Virus record (IMG/VR): IMGVR_UViG_3300034352_000138
DNA from: a virus
DNA: 60,339 bases
Strand: one strand, 5' to 3'
This document shows positions 7,791-17,276 of this stretch, one piece after another. The notes beneath the pieces were generated by a model. That model was not told the DNA's origin. It saw only the letters and a program-made list of their open reading frames with translations, and searched no databases. Position numbers and translations under genes: made by a program. Within the stretch, counting starts at the first letter, position 1; every line of letters starts with the position of its first letter.

Positions 7791-7823
7791 ATAAACAGGG
7801 CAACCGGAGCTTGCGGAGGTTGC
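7791..7823 (-). promoter_or_regulatory. Conserved hairpin element, copy 3
   Basis: Plus strand: ATAAACAGGGCAACC-GGAGCTTGCGGA-GGTTGC. It has the same flank and loop core with a different stem. Confidence 0.55.
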
Positions 7824-7927
7824 AGGCCCTATGGGAAAAAGCCTCGGAGGGGTGGGGGCCCCCCGCACTAAGATCGGAGCACTAAGGGGGGACGGCGGCA
7901 ACCTCGCAGTTGGGCCATTTAGAATTG

Positions 7928-7956
7928 AACAGCCCCAAAAGCCCCATCTGCTTTCC
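7928..7956. repeat. Inverted partner of 2313..2339 (AAAGCAGATGGGGCT..TTGGGGCT..TT)
   Basis: The reverse complement of 7928-7954 matches 2313-2339 at 25 of 27 positions. Confidence 0.85.
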
Positions 7957-8065
7957 CGAGAAAATAAAATAGCGACGCTAGCCTCAGATTCTCGGGATTC
8001 AAACAGCCCCACTAGGCGATGCTGGTAAGCTTACGGCTGGTAAGCTTCGGTAATAACAATAGTTA

Positions 8066-8488
8066 ATGCAGATCATCGGAAGTACTAAGCTTAAAACTGC
8101 CACCAAAGGCTCAGCCGGGTATGACCTTAGAGCCGAGCTCTCAGAACCTGCCACCCTAGACCCTGGCGACGTAGCACTTGTCCCCACTGGGATCGCCATA
8201 CATTTAGATGACCCAAACATAGTCGCCAAGATCTACGCTCGCAGCGGTCTGGCTATCAAGCACGGGATCACGCTCGCGAACGGAGTGGGCGTAGTAGATA
8301 GTGACTATCAGGACGAGATTTACGTAGGGTTAGCGAATCATTCTTCGGTATCGTTCACTATCGAAGATGGTATGAGGATCGCGCAAATGTTGTTCGAGCC
8401 CGTATTACATCCGGCTTTCAGTTGGGTGGAGGACTTCTCGGAGGAGACAGAGCGTGAAGGTGGGTTTGGATCTACAGGGCTTCATTAA
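8066..8488 (+). CDS. dut: Trimeric dUTPase
   Basis: Motifs SAGYDL, RSGLA, GVVDSDYQDEI, RIAQM and GGFGSTG. Confidence 0.95.
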   Translation: MQIIGSTKLKTATKGSAGYDLRAELSEPATLDPGDVALVPTGIAIHLDDPNIVAKIYARSGLAIKHGITLANGVGVVDSDYQDEIYVGLANHSSVSFTIEDGMRIAQMLFEPVLHPAFSWVEDFSEETEREGGFGSTGLH

Positions 8489-8581
8489 ACCATGACTAAA
8501 TACGTCCAGAGACAACAAGCACGGCGACGGATCCAGCAAAGGAGACGAGCCCAATAAGCTTGCGGTTTAGATGGGGTTTAG

Positions 8582-8854
8582 ATGGGGTTATGCCGCAATG
8601 AAAGAATTAGAAGCATGGAAGTATATATTTGGTTAGAGCGGTATGACTGGTACCTAGACCTAAGCACTAAGCGCCAAGAGTGGGTCCAGAGGTTGGTGGA
8701 AGAGGTAACCCCTGAAGTATTCGTAGGTATGACAGCTATACACGATGCTTTGGATAGGCATGAGTTTGGCTTGTTAGCCGAATTAATGGCGCCTTATGAA
8801 TATCTGTCTGAAAATTTATTTCTGGAAGGTTTAGATTTTGATTCCGATGATTAA
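8582..8854 (+). CDS. Hypothetical protein (about 80-90 aa; start uncertain, 8582 or 8615)
   Basis: ORF only. Neither candidate start has an SD. Confidence 0.4.
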   Translation: MGLCRNERIRSMEVYIWLERYDWYLDLSTKRQEWVQRLVEEVTPEVFVGMTAIHDALDRHEFGLLAELMAPYEYLSENLFLEGLDFDSDD

Positions 8855-8866
8855 TATCCAGCCCAC

Positions 8867-9430
8867 ATGCCTAAAGTTAAATATACTATTGCTGAGTTAT
8901 GTGCCAAACGAAAAGCAGAGCGTGAGGAACAGCATAGGAAGCGAGTTGCAAGGAATGTAGCAAGATGTAATAAGAAGTGTCGTACGAGATATAATGCCAG
9001 GAAACGAAGAGCGAGATTATTAGCTCAGGGAAAACATGGTTCCCAACGCTGGAAGAAAAATCCAGGGGGCAGACCGCGGAAACCTGACAGTGAAGTACAT
9101 CCTTATTGGATTGTGAGGCGTAAATTTACGGAGACGGATATTAGTAACAGGACGAAGAGTGTGGGTGTTATGCGGAGTCCTGAAGAGATTCAGGAATTAC
9201 TGAAGAAACTGGATTGCGATCCTATTGCGAGGATGACGAAGATAGCAGAACGGGCAGAGAAAGCCGGGGATTTGAATATCGCGGCGAGTCTATATAAGGA
9301 GTTGGCTCAGTACGCGGCTCCGAAGAGGAAGGCCCAAGAACCGAAGGTGATTAAGGACAAGAATCTCCTGACTATGAGTGAAGATGAGTTGATGGCAGAG
9401 GTTACTAGGTTGGAGGAGAGTCTTGCCTGA
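8867..9430 (+). CDS. terS: Putative terminase small subunit
   Basis: Lies immediately upstream of terL and overlaps it. It has a very basic N-terminus and a helical C-terminus (DPIARMTKIAERAEKAGDLNIAASLYKELAQYAAPKRKA) typical of small terminases. Confidence 0.55.
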   Translation: MPKVKYTIAELCAKRKAEREEQHRKRVARNVARCNKKCRTRYNARKRRARLLAQGKHGSQRWKKNPGGRPRKPDSEVHPYWIVRRKFTETDISNRTKSVGVMRSPEEIQELLKKLDCDPIARMTKIAERAEKAGDLNIAASLYKELAQYAAPKRKAQEPKVIKDKNLLTMSEDELMAEVTRLEESLA

Positions 9431-10862
9431 GACGCCTGAGTCGTTAAGACAGCGGATTCGGATACTCAAGGAATTAGAGTCTCGGAAATTAGAGGCTCAG
9501 CATGTCTATACACCTTATAAGAAGCAACGCGAGTTCCATAAGATAGGGGCTAAATACGCCGAGCGTTGCTTGATGGCGGGGAACCAGACTGGCAAGACCT
9601 ACGGCGGGGCAATGGAATGTTATTTCCACTTGTCGGGGAATTACCCTGAATGGTGGGAGGGCGTTAAGTTTGATAAGGCGCCTGTTATTTGGGTTGGCGG
9701 GGATACTGGGGAAACGATACGAGATACTACGCAGAGATTGTTGTTGGATCGTCCCGGTAAGTTACAGGAGGATACTTATGTCGGTATCTTGCCGAGGCGG
9801 ATTATCATCGGGGATCCTAAACCTGCGTTAGGGACACCGAACCTGTTTGACCACGTTAAGATCCGGCATATAACAGGCGATATTAGCTACTGCTACTTTA
9901 AGGCTTACGCTAAAGGTAGGCAGAAGTGGCAGGGTGAAACAATCGACATGGTCTGGTTCGACGAGGAACCGCCGGAGGAGTTGTACGCGGAGGGCTTGAC
10001 TAGAACGAACAGAGGTCAGATCGGTCAAAGAGCAGTACTGACGTTCACTCCGTTGCTGGGTATGAGTAACGTGGTTGCTAAATTCTTGCAGAACCCCTCC
10101 CCCGCCCAGAAAGTTGTGAAGATGACCATCGAAGATGTTGGCCACTACACGAAGAAAGAGCGGGAATCTATCGTTGCGTCATATCTGGAGCATGAGCGAG
10201 AAGCTCGGGCTAAAGGTATACCGATAATGGGATCGGGGCGAGTGTTTCCGATTACCGAGGCGACTATCGTTGAGGAGCCGTTGCAGAAAGCTGAGTTACC
10301 GGGCTGGTGGAAAATGATCGCCGGAATTGATTTCGGCTGGCAGCATCCCTCGGCGGCAGTGATGATTCTGTACGATCCAGAGGCTGACGTTGTTCACATC
10401 CACGCTACGCACCGCGCTAAGAACGCGACGCCGATCCTGTTCTCAGGCGGTATACGAACTTGGGGCGATAATATCCCGTTCTCCTGGCCGCATGACGGGC
10501 TTCAGCACGATAAGGGATCGGGTAAAACACTGGCTGAGCAGTATAAGGAAGCCGGGTTGAATATGTTGAAGACACGAGCATCGTTTGACGATGGGTCCTA
10601 CGGGGTTGAGGCCGGATTGATGGACATGCTCGATAGAATGCAGACGGGGCGCTTGAAGGTTTCTCGGCTACTAGGCGATTGGTGGGAGGAGTTTCGCATC
10701 TACCATCGGCGGAATGGGATTGTTGTTAAGGAACGAGATGACCTGATGGCCGCTACCCGCTACGCAATTATGATGATTCGGTACGCCAGACCCCTGGTTG
10801 ATCCGATCAAGCGTTATCCCTCCACCCCTAAAATCATTGCAGACACCGAGGTAGGTTACTAA
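9423..10862 (+). CDS. terL: Terminase large subunit
   Basis: Walker A AGNQTGKTYG, Walker B MVWFDEEP and a C-terminal nuclease region GIDFGWQHPSA. TTG start 4 nt after GGAGGAG. Confidence 0.9.
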   Translation: MPETPESLRQRIRILKELESRKLEAQHVYTPYKKQREFHKIGAKYAERCLMAGNQTGKTYGGAMECYFHLSGNYPEWWEGVKFDKAPVIWVGGDTGETIRDTTQRLLLDRPGKLQEDTYVGILPRRIIIGDPKPALGTPNLFDHVKIRHITGDISYCYFKAYAKGRQKWQGETIDMVWFDEEPPEELYAEGLTRTNRGQIGQRAVLTFTPLLGMSNVVAKFLQNPSPAQKVVKMTIEDVGHYTKKERESIVASYLEHEREARAKGIPIMGSGRVFPITEATIVEEPLQKAELPGWWKMIAGIDFGWQHPSAAVMILYDPEADVVHIHATHRAKNATPILFSGGIRTWGDNIPFSWPHDGLQHDKGSGKTLAEQYKEAGLNMLKTRASFDDGSYGVEAGLMDMLDRMQTGRLKVSRLLGDWWEEFRIYHRRNGIVVKERDDLMAATRYAIMMIRYARPLVDPIKRYPSTPKIIADTEVGY

Positions 10863-12940
10863 TGGCACACGAGAGTATGCACGCTATGGGCATGGCGGCT
10901 AAACAGGAAGAAGAGAGTGAGACTGACCAGCTTCAGTTACTAGGAGCTTCGTTAGCTCGACTCGCTCAAGAACAGGTTGGTATTCGGCAAGTAGTCGAGG
11001 ATCGCTGGCTTGAAGATCTTGAACGTTACATGGGTCAGTATGACTCAGCCACAGCTTCGCGTTTAACCGCTACGGGCGGGAGTAAGGCGTTCGTTAACCT
11101 GACTCGGGCTAAAACCAGTGTCGCAGAAGCTAGGCTCTCAGATATGTTGTTCCCGAGTGACGATAAGAACTGGGGGGTTCAGCCGACGCCAGTGCCTGAG
11201 CTTCAGAAGATGGCCCAAAGTCCGGCCCCCATAACTGGGCCGGAAGGCCAGCAGATGCAGGGACCTGATGGGCAACCTGTGCGTGAGATGGACCTCGCTA
11301 ACCACAAGCTTAATGACGCACTGGACAGATCTCGGGCGATGGAGAAAGAGATCAACGATCAGCTTACGGAAGCCAGATATCACTCGATTATGCGAGATGT
11401 CATACATGATGCTTGCGTATTTGGGACAGGGATTGTTAAGGCCCCAGTAATTCTTAACCGCCGCCGTAAGAGTTGGCAGAACTTAGGGGGAGGAACCCAC
11501 TCTATGCAGATGGTGCAGGAGTTCCGCCCTGGTGTTGAGAGAGTGAACGTCTGGGATTTCTTCCCGGATATGGCTGCTACGCATGTTAGTGAGTGTAACT
11601 TTGTGTTTGAGCGGCGATACGTATCGAAGCGTCAATTGATTGACTTGGCTGGAACCCCAGGTTATTTCCCGAAAGAAATTAGGAAAGTTATATCTTCTAC
11701 GCCCAAGAATATCGCCGGTGGTGGCGAGACGCACGTTGCTAGATTACGGGAGCTATCGGGATTAGCTACCGATTTAACGCAGGGGCGCTACGAGATGTGG
11801 GAATACCACGGACCGCTCGACAAGGAAGACCTCGCCTGTTGCGGTTATGAGGTAGATGATGAAGAAGATGATCTGGGACTTAACGAGGCTATCGTTACTT
11901 TTGTTAATGGGGTTGTCATTAAAGCTGATATTAACCCTATGGAAACTCAAGAACGACCTTATGCGTTGTTCTGTTACGAATCGGACGATACAAGTGTTTT
12001 TGGTTTTGGTCTTCCTTACCTTGTTCGCCATGAACAACGCATCGCTAACGCGAGCTGGCGAATGGCACTTGATAACGCCGCTCTCACCACCGGTGGACAA
12101 GTGGTCATTAACCGAGAGGTACTGATACCTGATGATGGGCAATGGAATTTACGACCTCGGAAAACTTGGCACGTTACGGACCCTACTGTGGACGTTCGAT
12201 CTGCATTCGCTACTCACGAAACTAGCTCCCATCTGGATGAGTTACTGGCAATCTATACTTTGGCTAGGAATATGGCAGATGACGTAACAGCTCTGCCGAT
12301 GCTGGCCCAGGGTGAAATGGGCGGGGCCCCAGATACCGCCTCTGGGATGTCGATGTTGCTCAATTCTTCGAACGTAGTGCTTAGACGCGTAGTGAAGAGT
12401 TTCGATGATGACGTCACTACGCCACTTATTTCTCGGTTCTACGACTGGAATATGCAGTTCAATCCGAAGCCGGAGATCAAGGGTGACTTTGAGGTGGATG
12501 CTCGGGGTAGTTCTACCCTTCTTGTTAAGGAGACACAGACCCAGGCGCTGATTACGATGATGCAGTTAGCTGAGAGCCCAGTATTTGGCCCTCTGACTAA
12601 ACACGCTGCGTTGTTTAGGAAGGTTGCCCAGGCCCAGCACATCACACCGGATGATGTGATTGTTTCAGACGAAGAGATTCAGGCAATGGAGCAGCAACAG
12701 GCCCAACAGGCAGAAGAGCCGGATCCAGAGATGGTCATGAAAGAGAAGGAGTTACAAGTGAAGCTTCAGATTGCGGAGATGAACGCTAAAGTTCAGATGA
12801 TGCGTCTGGCAGAACAGCAGGATGTTTCGATGGCTCAACTAGAGGCTACGTTGGCTAAAGTGCAGTTGGTCGAGGATAACAAGGCCAATATGCACATGTC
12901 CGAAATGGATTACGCACAGAGAGAAGGTAAAGGCATTTGA
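10862..12940 (+). CDS. Portal protein (by position and size)
   Basis: A 692-aa ORF coupled to terL by a TAATG overlap, with a C-terminal coiled-coil tail of about 100 aa. No motif-level proof. Confidence 0.75.
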   Translation: MAHESMHAMGMAAKQEEESETDQLQLLGASLARLAQEQVGIRQVVEDRWLEDLERYMGQYDSATASRLTATGGSKAFVNLTRAKTSVAEARLSDMLFPSDDKNWGVQPTPVPELQKMAQSPAPITGPEGQQMQGPDGQPVREMDLANHKLNDALDRSRAMEKEINDQLTEARYHSIMRDVIHDACVFGTGIVKAPVILNRRRKSWQNLGGGTHSMQMVQEFRPGVERVNVWDFFPDMAATHVSECNFVFERRYVSKRQLIDLAGTPGYFPKEIRKVISSTPKNIAGGGETHVARLRELSGLATDLTQGRYEMWEYHGPLDKEDLACCGYEVDDEEDDLGLNEAIVTFVNGVVIKADINPMETQERPYALFCYESDDTSVFGFGLPYLVRHEQRIANASWRMALDNAALTTGGQVVINREVLIPDDGQWNLRPRKTWHVTDPTVDVRSAFATHETSSHLDELLAIYTLARNMADDVTALPMLAQGEMGGAPDTASGMSMLLNSSNVVLRRVVKSFDDDVTTPLISRFYDWNMQFNPKPEIKGDFEVDARGSSTLLVKETQTQALITMMQLAESPVFGPLTKHAALFRKVAQAQHITPDDVIVSDEEIQAMEQQQAQQAEEPDPEMVMKEKELQVKLQIAEMNAKVQMMRLAEQQDVSMAQLEATLAKVQLVEDNKANMHMSEMDYAQREGKGI

Positions 12941-13152
12941 TTGATACAGCATCAGATACCTGGGACTACGTTCTCAGGTATGTAGAGAAGGAGTTGGAAA
13001 CCATAGACCGGTCGTTAGAGAATCCTAAACTTAGCTACGAGGATACTCAGTTTATTAGAGGCCGGGCGCACACGCTTCGCAGGATTATACAGTTGCCTGA
13101 AACACATTTGATAGGCACCTTGGATAGTAACCCTGCATTTGGATTAGATTAG
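12937..13152 (+). CDS. Hypothetical protein (71 aa)
   Basis: ORF with a TTG start that overlaps the portal stop. Confidence 0.5.
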   Translation: MIDTASDTWDYVLRYVEKELETIDRSLENPKLSYEDTQFIRGRAHTLRRIIQLPETHLIGTLDSNPAFGLD

Positions 13153-13161
13153 GAGAATACA

Positions 13162-14034
13162 TTGACAGAAGCCACTGAGACCCTGGAAGCAACTGATGAA
13201 GATTATGAGGCTGCGTTTCAGGATGCTGTTGACGGTAAGCCCGAGGTTGTGGACGGGGCTGAAGAAGTTGTTGAGGCCTCGGAAGAAAGCGACGTTGTTG
13301 AAGAGCCTACATCGGATGGTATGGATACCGAAGAAGAAACCCATGAGGATGGGGTTGAGGTTGAAGCGTCCGAGGAAATTGAGACCGAGAGTGATGAGCC
13401 GCTCAGTGCTCAGGGCGAAAGGATCAAGGAGCTAGAGCATAACGTTGTATCTAATACAGGTAGAGTTTCTGCTCTGACGCGGAAGTTATATAACACCCAA
13501 GTACCTACTCCTTTAGAAGAGGGGGTACCGCCAGCCGCTGCAGAGGTGGGGGAGAAATGGGCGGAACTTGAGAAAGAGTACCCTGATATTGCAGGGGGTA
13601 CTTCAGAACGTATTCAGCAACTAGAGGCTCGCGTAGAGCAGTTACTGGAGGAGAAGTTAAAACCTATACGCCAGGCTGAAGAAGAACGGTATGTAGATAG
13701 CCAATTAGGACTAGTAGCTCAGGCCTACCCGGATTGGCAGAATACCGTTAATGGAGAGGAGTTTGCAGGGTGGTTATCCACGCAACCCTCGAAAATCCAA
13801 GAGATGAAGAATAGCTATGACGCAGAGGATTACATTTACCTCTTAAAAGGGTATAATACCGGTAAGTCCGATCAGATTAATACTGATAAGGCAGAACAAG
13901 CTGAATCACTTCGGACCTCTAGGGAAAAGAAACTCAAGGCTAATGTAGCCGTTCCAAATAGAGGCCGGGCAAAACCATCAGGCCCTCCTGATGATTTTGA
14001 AGAAGCATTCGCTTGGTACGCCGATAAAGATTGA
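13162..14034 (+). CDS. Putative scaffolding protein
   Basis: Lies between portal and capsid. The N-terminus is strongly acidic and the protein is helical and charged throughout. TTG start with an AGGAG SD. Confidence 0.65.
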   Translation: MTEATETLEATDEDYEAAFQDAVDGKPEVVDGAEEVVEASEESDVVEEPTSDGMDTEEETHEDGVEVEASEEIETESDEPLSAQGERIKELEHNVVSNTGRVSALTRKLYNTQVPTPLEEGVPPAAAEVGEKWAELEKEYPDIAGGTSERIQQLEARVEQLLEEKLKPIRQAEEERYVDSQLGLVAQAYPDWQNTVNGEEFAGWLSTQPSKIQEMKNSYDAEDYIYLLKGYNTGKSDQINTDKAEQAESLRTSREKKLKANVAVPNRGRAKPSGPPDDFEEAFAWYADKD

Positions 14035-14195
14035 TCTGAGGCATTTACACTTAGCCCCCGTTTACGGCGACCAAGGATTAAATGCAGTGACTTATGAAGT
14101 AAATGCGACGGTTATGGCGGTTAAAGTCAGGCCCTCGTTAATAAGACTTCGCACAATCTATATTTTTGAGCGTTTCTAATTAACGAGGTCTAGTA

Positions 14196-15200
14196 ATGGC
14201 TAATACCACTTATGGGAGCATATCCCAACGTACCGCTGCATATGCTGCAAAGCAGATGCTTCAACATGCAGAACCTATCCTGGTTTTGTCCAAATTCGGT
14301 CAGAGCAAACCTCTGCCGAAAAACACGGCTGATAACGTAAAGTTTAGACGCCCTGTTCCTTATACAGTTAGTACTACCCCTTTAACGGAAGGCGTGACCC
14401 CTTCTGAGCAACAGCTCAGTTATGAAGACGTTTCCGTTAGTCTGGCCCAGTATGGTGGCGTAACCAAGATCACTGATAAAGTTCAGGACTTGGCGGAAGA
14501 CCCAGTTCTTTCCGATGCCGCCATGTTGTCGGGTGAGCAGGCTGCTGAAACTATCGAAATGTTGACTTGGGGTGCGGTTAAAGCTGGCACCAATGTCTTC
14601 TACGATACTGCGGCTCATACGGCTAGAACGGCTGTAGATAGTAAGGTTACCCTTAATCGCCTTCGCGCAATCGTCCGTAACTTGAAGTCCAATCGTGGAC
14701 GCCCAGTTACCCAGATGATGTCGGGTTCTGTCAACTACGCTACTTCCCCAGTTGAAGGCGGATTCATCGCTTTCTGCCATACGGATTGCGAAGCTGATGT
14801 TCGTGGGCTGGCCGGGTTTACACACTTGGCTGATTACGGCTCTCGTAAACCGCTTTGCCCCGAAGAAATTGGTTCTGTAGAGAATATCCGTTTCGTTATG
14901 ACCCCACTTCTAACCTCATTCGCGGCAGGTGGTGCGGCAATCGGTTCTACGGGCATGGTCTCTGCGGCTGGTGTTAAAGTTGATGTTTACCCCATCGTTG
15001 TAATCGCTAAACACGCTTACGGACTTGTTCCGCTGAAGGGTGCTAAGGCAATTACTCCGTCTGTACTGAACCCCGGTACGCCTTCTAAATCTGATCCTCT
15101 TGGTCAGATCGGTTTCGTAGGCTGGAAAGCTTACTTTGCGGCTAAGATTCTCAACGAGAATTGGATCGCAAGACTGGAAGTTGGTGTTACCGACCTCTAA
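14196..15200 (+). CDS. Major capsid protein
   Basis: 334 aa, positioned after the scaffold gene, with an SD and a hairpin terminator downstream. The N-terminus SISQRTAAYAAKQML...FGQSKPLPKNTADNVKFRR resembles, from memory, the N4 gp56-type HK97-fold capsid family. Confidence 0.8.
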   Translation: MANTTYGSISQRTAAYAAKQMLQHAEPILVLSKFGQSKPLPKNTADNVKFRRPVPYTVSTTPLTEGVTPSEQQLSYEDVSVSLAQYGGVTKITDKVQDLAEDPVLSDAAMLSGEQAAETIEMLTWGAVKAGTNVFYDTAAHTARTAVDSKVTLNRLRAIVRNLKSNRGRPVTQMMSGSVNYATSPVEGGFIAFCHTDCEADVRGLAGFTHLADYGSRKPLCPEEIGSVENIRFVMTPLLTSFAAGGAAIGSTGMVSAAGVKVDVYPIVVIAKHAYGLVPLKGAKAITPSVLNPGTPSKSDPLGQIGFVGWKAYFAAKILNENWIARLEVGVTDL

Positions 15201-15207
15201 TAAAGAA

Positions 15208-15232
15208 GGGGCCTTTCGGGGCCCCAACTTTT
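15208..15232 (+). terminator. Hairpin terminator/attenuator after the capsid gene
   Basis: GGGGCC-TTTCGG-GGCCCC followed by AACTTTT. Confidence 0.6.
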
Positions 15233-15251
15233 AACCCCTGAGAGAGTTTAT

Positions 15252-15563
15252 ATGCCTAGAACAAAGTTAACTGAGAACATTGTAGACAAGGCAGTTGAGG
15301 GAGAAGTTATCCCTAAGGCAAAGAAGCAAAAAACTGTCAAGATCATGATCCATAAGACTGAGGGCGACACTGGGACGTTAGATGTCCCTGTTTCAGTCAA
15401 TGGGAAAACCTGGCTTATTAAGCGAGGATACGAGGTTGAGGTGCCTGATTTTATCGAAGAGGCCCTTCGTAATGCCGTTAAGTTTGAATTGGGGTACGAC
15501 AGAGAGACTCACTCGACTCCGATCAAAGAGATGCAAGCATATCCATTCAGTATAGTTAAATGA
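15252..15563 (+). CDS. Hypothetical head-module protein (103 aa)
   Basis: ORF in the structural operon. No motif recognised. Confidence 0.65.
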   Translation: MPRTKLTENIVDKAVEGEVIPKAKKQKTVKIMIHKTEGDTGTLDVPVSVNGKTWLIKRGYEVEVPDFIEEALRNAVKFELGYDRETHSTPIKEMQAYPFSIVK

Positions 15564-16189
15564 AGTTAGAGTCCTTCCATCAGTTTATCCTCCCGGAAGT
15601 TGTCGGATGTCCAGCACCTATCATAGATAGGGCGGTCATCGATGCGACCAGGGATTTCTGTGATCGGACTTTTAGTTGGCGTGAGACTTCAACGCAGACA
15701 CTGATTAAAGGGATAACTGAGTATGAAGCAGATATCTCGAGCAAGACGGATGTGGTTAGAGTTCTTAGAGTCGAAGCTAACGGTGTTTCCCACCAGAATC
15801 TCGGCCAACACTTTAACCACAACCCATTCAGCGACGCAGGTTGGGGATCTACGCATCCTACCTACACGTTTACGATCCCTAAATCGATCACTCTTACGGT
15901 GGAGCCACCTGAGAAGGTTGCTAATGGGCTTACCATTGAGGTCGCTATTAAGCCCCAATATAACGTGACTACGATTGATGACGATCTGTTCCATAGGTGG
16001 CGCGAACCAATGGTGTTGAAGGCTAAACAACTACTGTTTATCCAGCCAGGAATGGCTTGGACCAATAATGAGCTAGCTGCTTTCTATCACCAGATGTATA
16101 GCAAGGCTATTGCGCCAGCGGCGGCGGAATCTCGTCGGGAATATGCGTTTAAAGATTTAGCTAACCCTGAAATTTCTCCGGTCTGGTAG
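15560..16189 (+). CDS. Hypothetical virion protein (209 aa)
   Basis: ATGA-coupled ORF in the structural operon. Confidence 0.7.
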   Translation: MKLESFHQFILPEVVGCPAPIIDRAVIDATRDFCDRTFSWRETSTQTLIKGITEYEADISSKTDVVRVLRVEANGVSHQNLGQHFNHNPFSDAGWGSTHPTYTFTIPKSITLTVEPPEKVANGLTIEVAIKPQYNVTTIDDDLFHRWREPMVLKAKQLLFIQPGMAWTNNELAAFYHQMYSKAIAPAAAESRREYAFKDLANPEISPVW

Positions 16190-16849
16190 ATGGCAACTAT
16201 AGATGCTAAAGATGTATTAGACCGAGTTGCCGTTATTTTGAATGATACCGGTAATGTTCGGTGGACTTCCGCAGAACTTATTGATTGGCTGAATGACGCG
16301 CATAGGGAATTAGTTCTCGTGCGACCCGATGCTAACGTCAAGAATATTAGTGTTCAGCTTGTAGCCGGAGTTAAGCAGACCCTGCCTACCGATGGCGTTA
16401 AGTTGGTCGATGTTTCCAGGAACATGGGGTCTAACGGTACTACGGCTGGGTTGGCGATCCGAATAGTATTCAAACACCTGATGGATTCGCAGCAACCTAA
16501 CTGGTATACGGCTACCGCGAAGACGGTTGTTGAGCATTATATGTATGACCTTCGAGACCCGAAGACTTTCTATGTATACCCCGCACAGCCCTCTTCACCT
16601 CATTATGTGGAGGTGATCTATTCTGCGTACCCGACGACTATCGCTAATGTGAATGTCGGTACCAAGATTTCAGTGGATGATGTGTTTGCCAATGCTCTTA
16701 TGGACTTTGTTCTTTATCGAGCTTTTTGCAAGGATGCGGATGCGGGTAATGCGACTCTAGCACAGAAGCATTATGACTCTTTTATCAAGACCTTATCTCT
16801 CAAATTTGAGGTCGATAAGATGGTGGATCCTAACGCTAGATTAGCTTAA
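16190..16849 (+). CDS. Hypothetical virion protein (219 aa), possible head-tail adaptor
   Basis: Position only. It is contiguous with the previous gene. Confidence 0.65.
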   Translation: MATIDAKDVLDRVAVILNDTGNVRWTSAELIDWLNDAHRELVLVRPDANVKNISVQLVAGVKQTLPTDGVKLVDVSRNMGSNGTTAGLAIRIVFKHLMDSQQPNWYTATAKTVVEHYMYDLRDPKTFYVYPAQPSSPHYVEVIYSAYPTTIANVNVGTKISVDDVFANALMDFVLYRAFCKDADAGNATLAQKHYDSFIKTLSLKFEVDKMVDPNARLA

Positions 16850-16898
16850 ATCTACCCTGCATAGCCAATGCTGAGAACAACCTCCAGAGGAGTTAAAT

Positions 16899-17276
16899 AT
16901 GGCTTATTACAGCAGTATCAATTTAGTTTCAGGCGACGATAAGCCAGAACTAAACTTCACAATCAAAGATTCGAATACAGCGGCATCTGGCGCAACGCTG
17001 GATGAGGATGACTCAGATACCTGGGCTCCTATTGATATTACGAATCAGACTATCCGATTTATCTTTCGAGCCCTTGGTGGGGACTCGATCTTGGATACGA
17101 TCATCTGTAGTAAGACTAGCCCCTATACGGATGGTAAGTTTTTCATGCAGTGGAATGCTACTACTCTTGATGTCGATGCTGGTACTTACGAGGCTGAGAT
17201 TGAGATGGAAGACTCCAGCGGTAATAAGCAGACTGTTTTTGATAAGCTCAAATTTAAGGTGCGGGACGACTTCTAG
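16899..17276 (+). CDS. Hypothetical protein (125 aa), Ig-like beta-sandwich suspected
   Basis: Strong SD. The sequence pattern (LNFTIKD...IDITNQTIRFIF...GTYEAEIEM...KFKV) is typical of BppU/Ig-like phage domains. Confidence 0.6.
   Translation: MAYYSSINLVSGDDKPELNFTIKDSNTAASGATLDEDDSDTWAPIDITNQTIRFIFRALGGDSILDTIICSKTSPYTDGKFFMQWNATTLDVDAGTYEAEIEMEDSSGNKQTVFDKLKFKVRDDF

Noticed and set aside
7743-8012. 90-codon N-terminal extension of the 7203..8012 ORF.
   Set aside because: It runs through hairpin copy 3 and the promoter-like repeats and is Pro/Ser/Arg-rich. The internal ATG at 7742 has an SD.
8567-8586. Tandem TTAGATGGGG x2 as further copies of the ACAGCCCC/CCCCATCT promoter-like element.
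   Set aside because: The orientation is opposite to local transcription and the ACAG part is missing, so it may be unrelated. It is noted only.
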